A DNA stretch of 64,000 nt, taken from positions 6,876-70,875 of the forward strand of contig CACHSP010000003.1 in assembly GCA_902582605.1 (NCBI GenBank), in the 5' to 3' direction. This DNA comes from an uncultured Pelagibacteraceae bacterium (GTDB lineage Bacteria; Pseudomonadota; Alphaproteobacteria; Pelagibacterales; Pelagibacteraceae). Below, one piece after another: positions 63,295 through 64,000 of the stretch. Below the pieces are notes generated by a model. The model was given only the letters and a program-made list of their open reading frames with translations, was not told the DNA's origin and made no database searches. The translations under genes and the position numbers were made by a program. Positions within the stretch are counted from its first letter, which is position 1; every line of letters starts with the position of its first letter.

Positions 63295-64000
63295 GTGAGA
63301 AATTTATTTTTTTTACTCTTAATTTTCCCATTAACTTCATGCGGTAAAAGTGAATTAAATTGGTTAATCTTGTCTCCAAACAATATTGAGGGATTAACTA
63401 ACTTAAAGTTTTTATTAAGTGGTTTAACAACCACTATCTATATAAGTATAGTCTCTATAATTATTTCAATTATCCTGGGTCTTTTAGTTGCTATTCCATC
63501 ACTAGCTAAGAGTAAATTTTTAACCTATCTGAATATTGGATATGTGGAGATTGTAAGAGCAATTCCTTTACTAGTTTTGATTTTATGGATTTATTATGGT
63601 TTACCAATTATGACAGGCATTAGTTTTAGCCCTTTTGTTTCTGGTATCATAGCTCTTTCAATTAGTGAAAGTGCTTTTCAAGCAGAAATATTTAGAGCAG
63701 GAATTAATTCAATTAAAAAATCACAATGGGAAGCCGGAAGTTCTTTGGGATTAAGTTTTTTTAGAAAATTAAGATTAGTTATCTTACCTCAAGCAATAAA
63801 GAATATTTTACCAGCTATAGGTAATCAATTTGTTTATGTTCTTAAAATGTCATCACTTGTGTCAATAATTGGTATTGGAGATTTAACAAGAAAAGCAAAC
63901 GAATTAGTTGTGACAACTTATCGGCCGCTAGAAATTTATACATTTTTAATCCTCGAATATCTTGTTTTAATTTTGGTTGTTTCTTTTTTAGTTAGAAAAT
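63295..64000 (+). CDS. Polar amino-acid ABC permease (3'-truncated; not in the ORF track)
   Basis: GTG start after an in-frame TGA; YVEIVRAIPLLV, SAFQAEIFRAGI, QWEAGSSLG, ILPQA, LKMSSL. Confidence 0.9.
   Translation, partial: MRNLFFLLLIFPLTSCGKSELNWLILSPNNIEGLTNLKFLLSGLTTTIYISIVSIIISIILGLLVAIPSLAKSKFLTYLNIGYVEIVRAIPLLVLILWIYYGLPIMTGISFSPFVSGIIALSISESAFQAEIFRAGINSIKKSQWEAGSSLGLSFFRKLRLVILPQAIKNILPAIGNQFVYVLKMSSLVSIIGIGDLTRKANELVVTTYRPLEIYTFLILEYLVLILVVSFLVRK

Overview
Very AT-rich, highly compacted alphaproteobacterial chromosome segment, most likely SAR11/Pelagibacterales. This assignment is inferred from the base composition, near-zero intergenic spacing, a SAM-V riboswitch and the gene content. 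It holds about 70 mostly core CDSs (gyrA 3' part to soxBDAG and an amino-acid ABC transporter), five tRNAs and a tandem SAM-II-like/SAM-V riboswitch before metY. No CRISPR array, rRNA or IS element is evident. Gene orientation flips from mostly + (1-29.9 kb) to mostly - (32.1-54.9 kb), which suggests the replication terminus. The only atypical locus lies at this switch. It contains a 460-bp non-coding stretch, a ~175-nt GC-rich structured RNA in front of ogt, and a lone Cre/TnpS-like tyrosine recombinase whose start codon abuts a 14-7-14 bp inverted repeat. The best candidate for an undescribed system is therefore a single-recombinase, loxP-like chromosome dimer resolution module. Other observations are a Tgt that has lost its Zn site, repeated loss of structural Zn-cysteines, divergent genes sharing one CATG, and tRNAs acting as mRNA leaders. 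All product calls come from motif recognition, not database searches.
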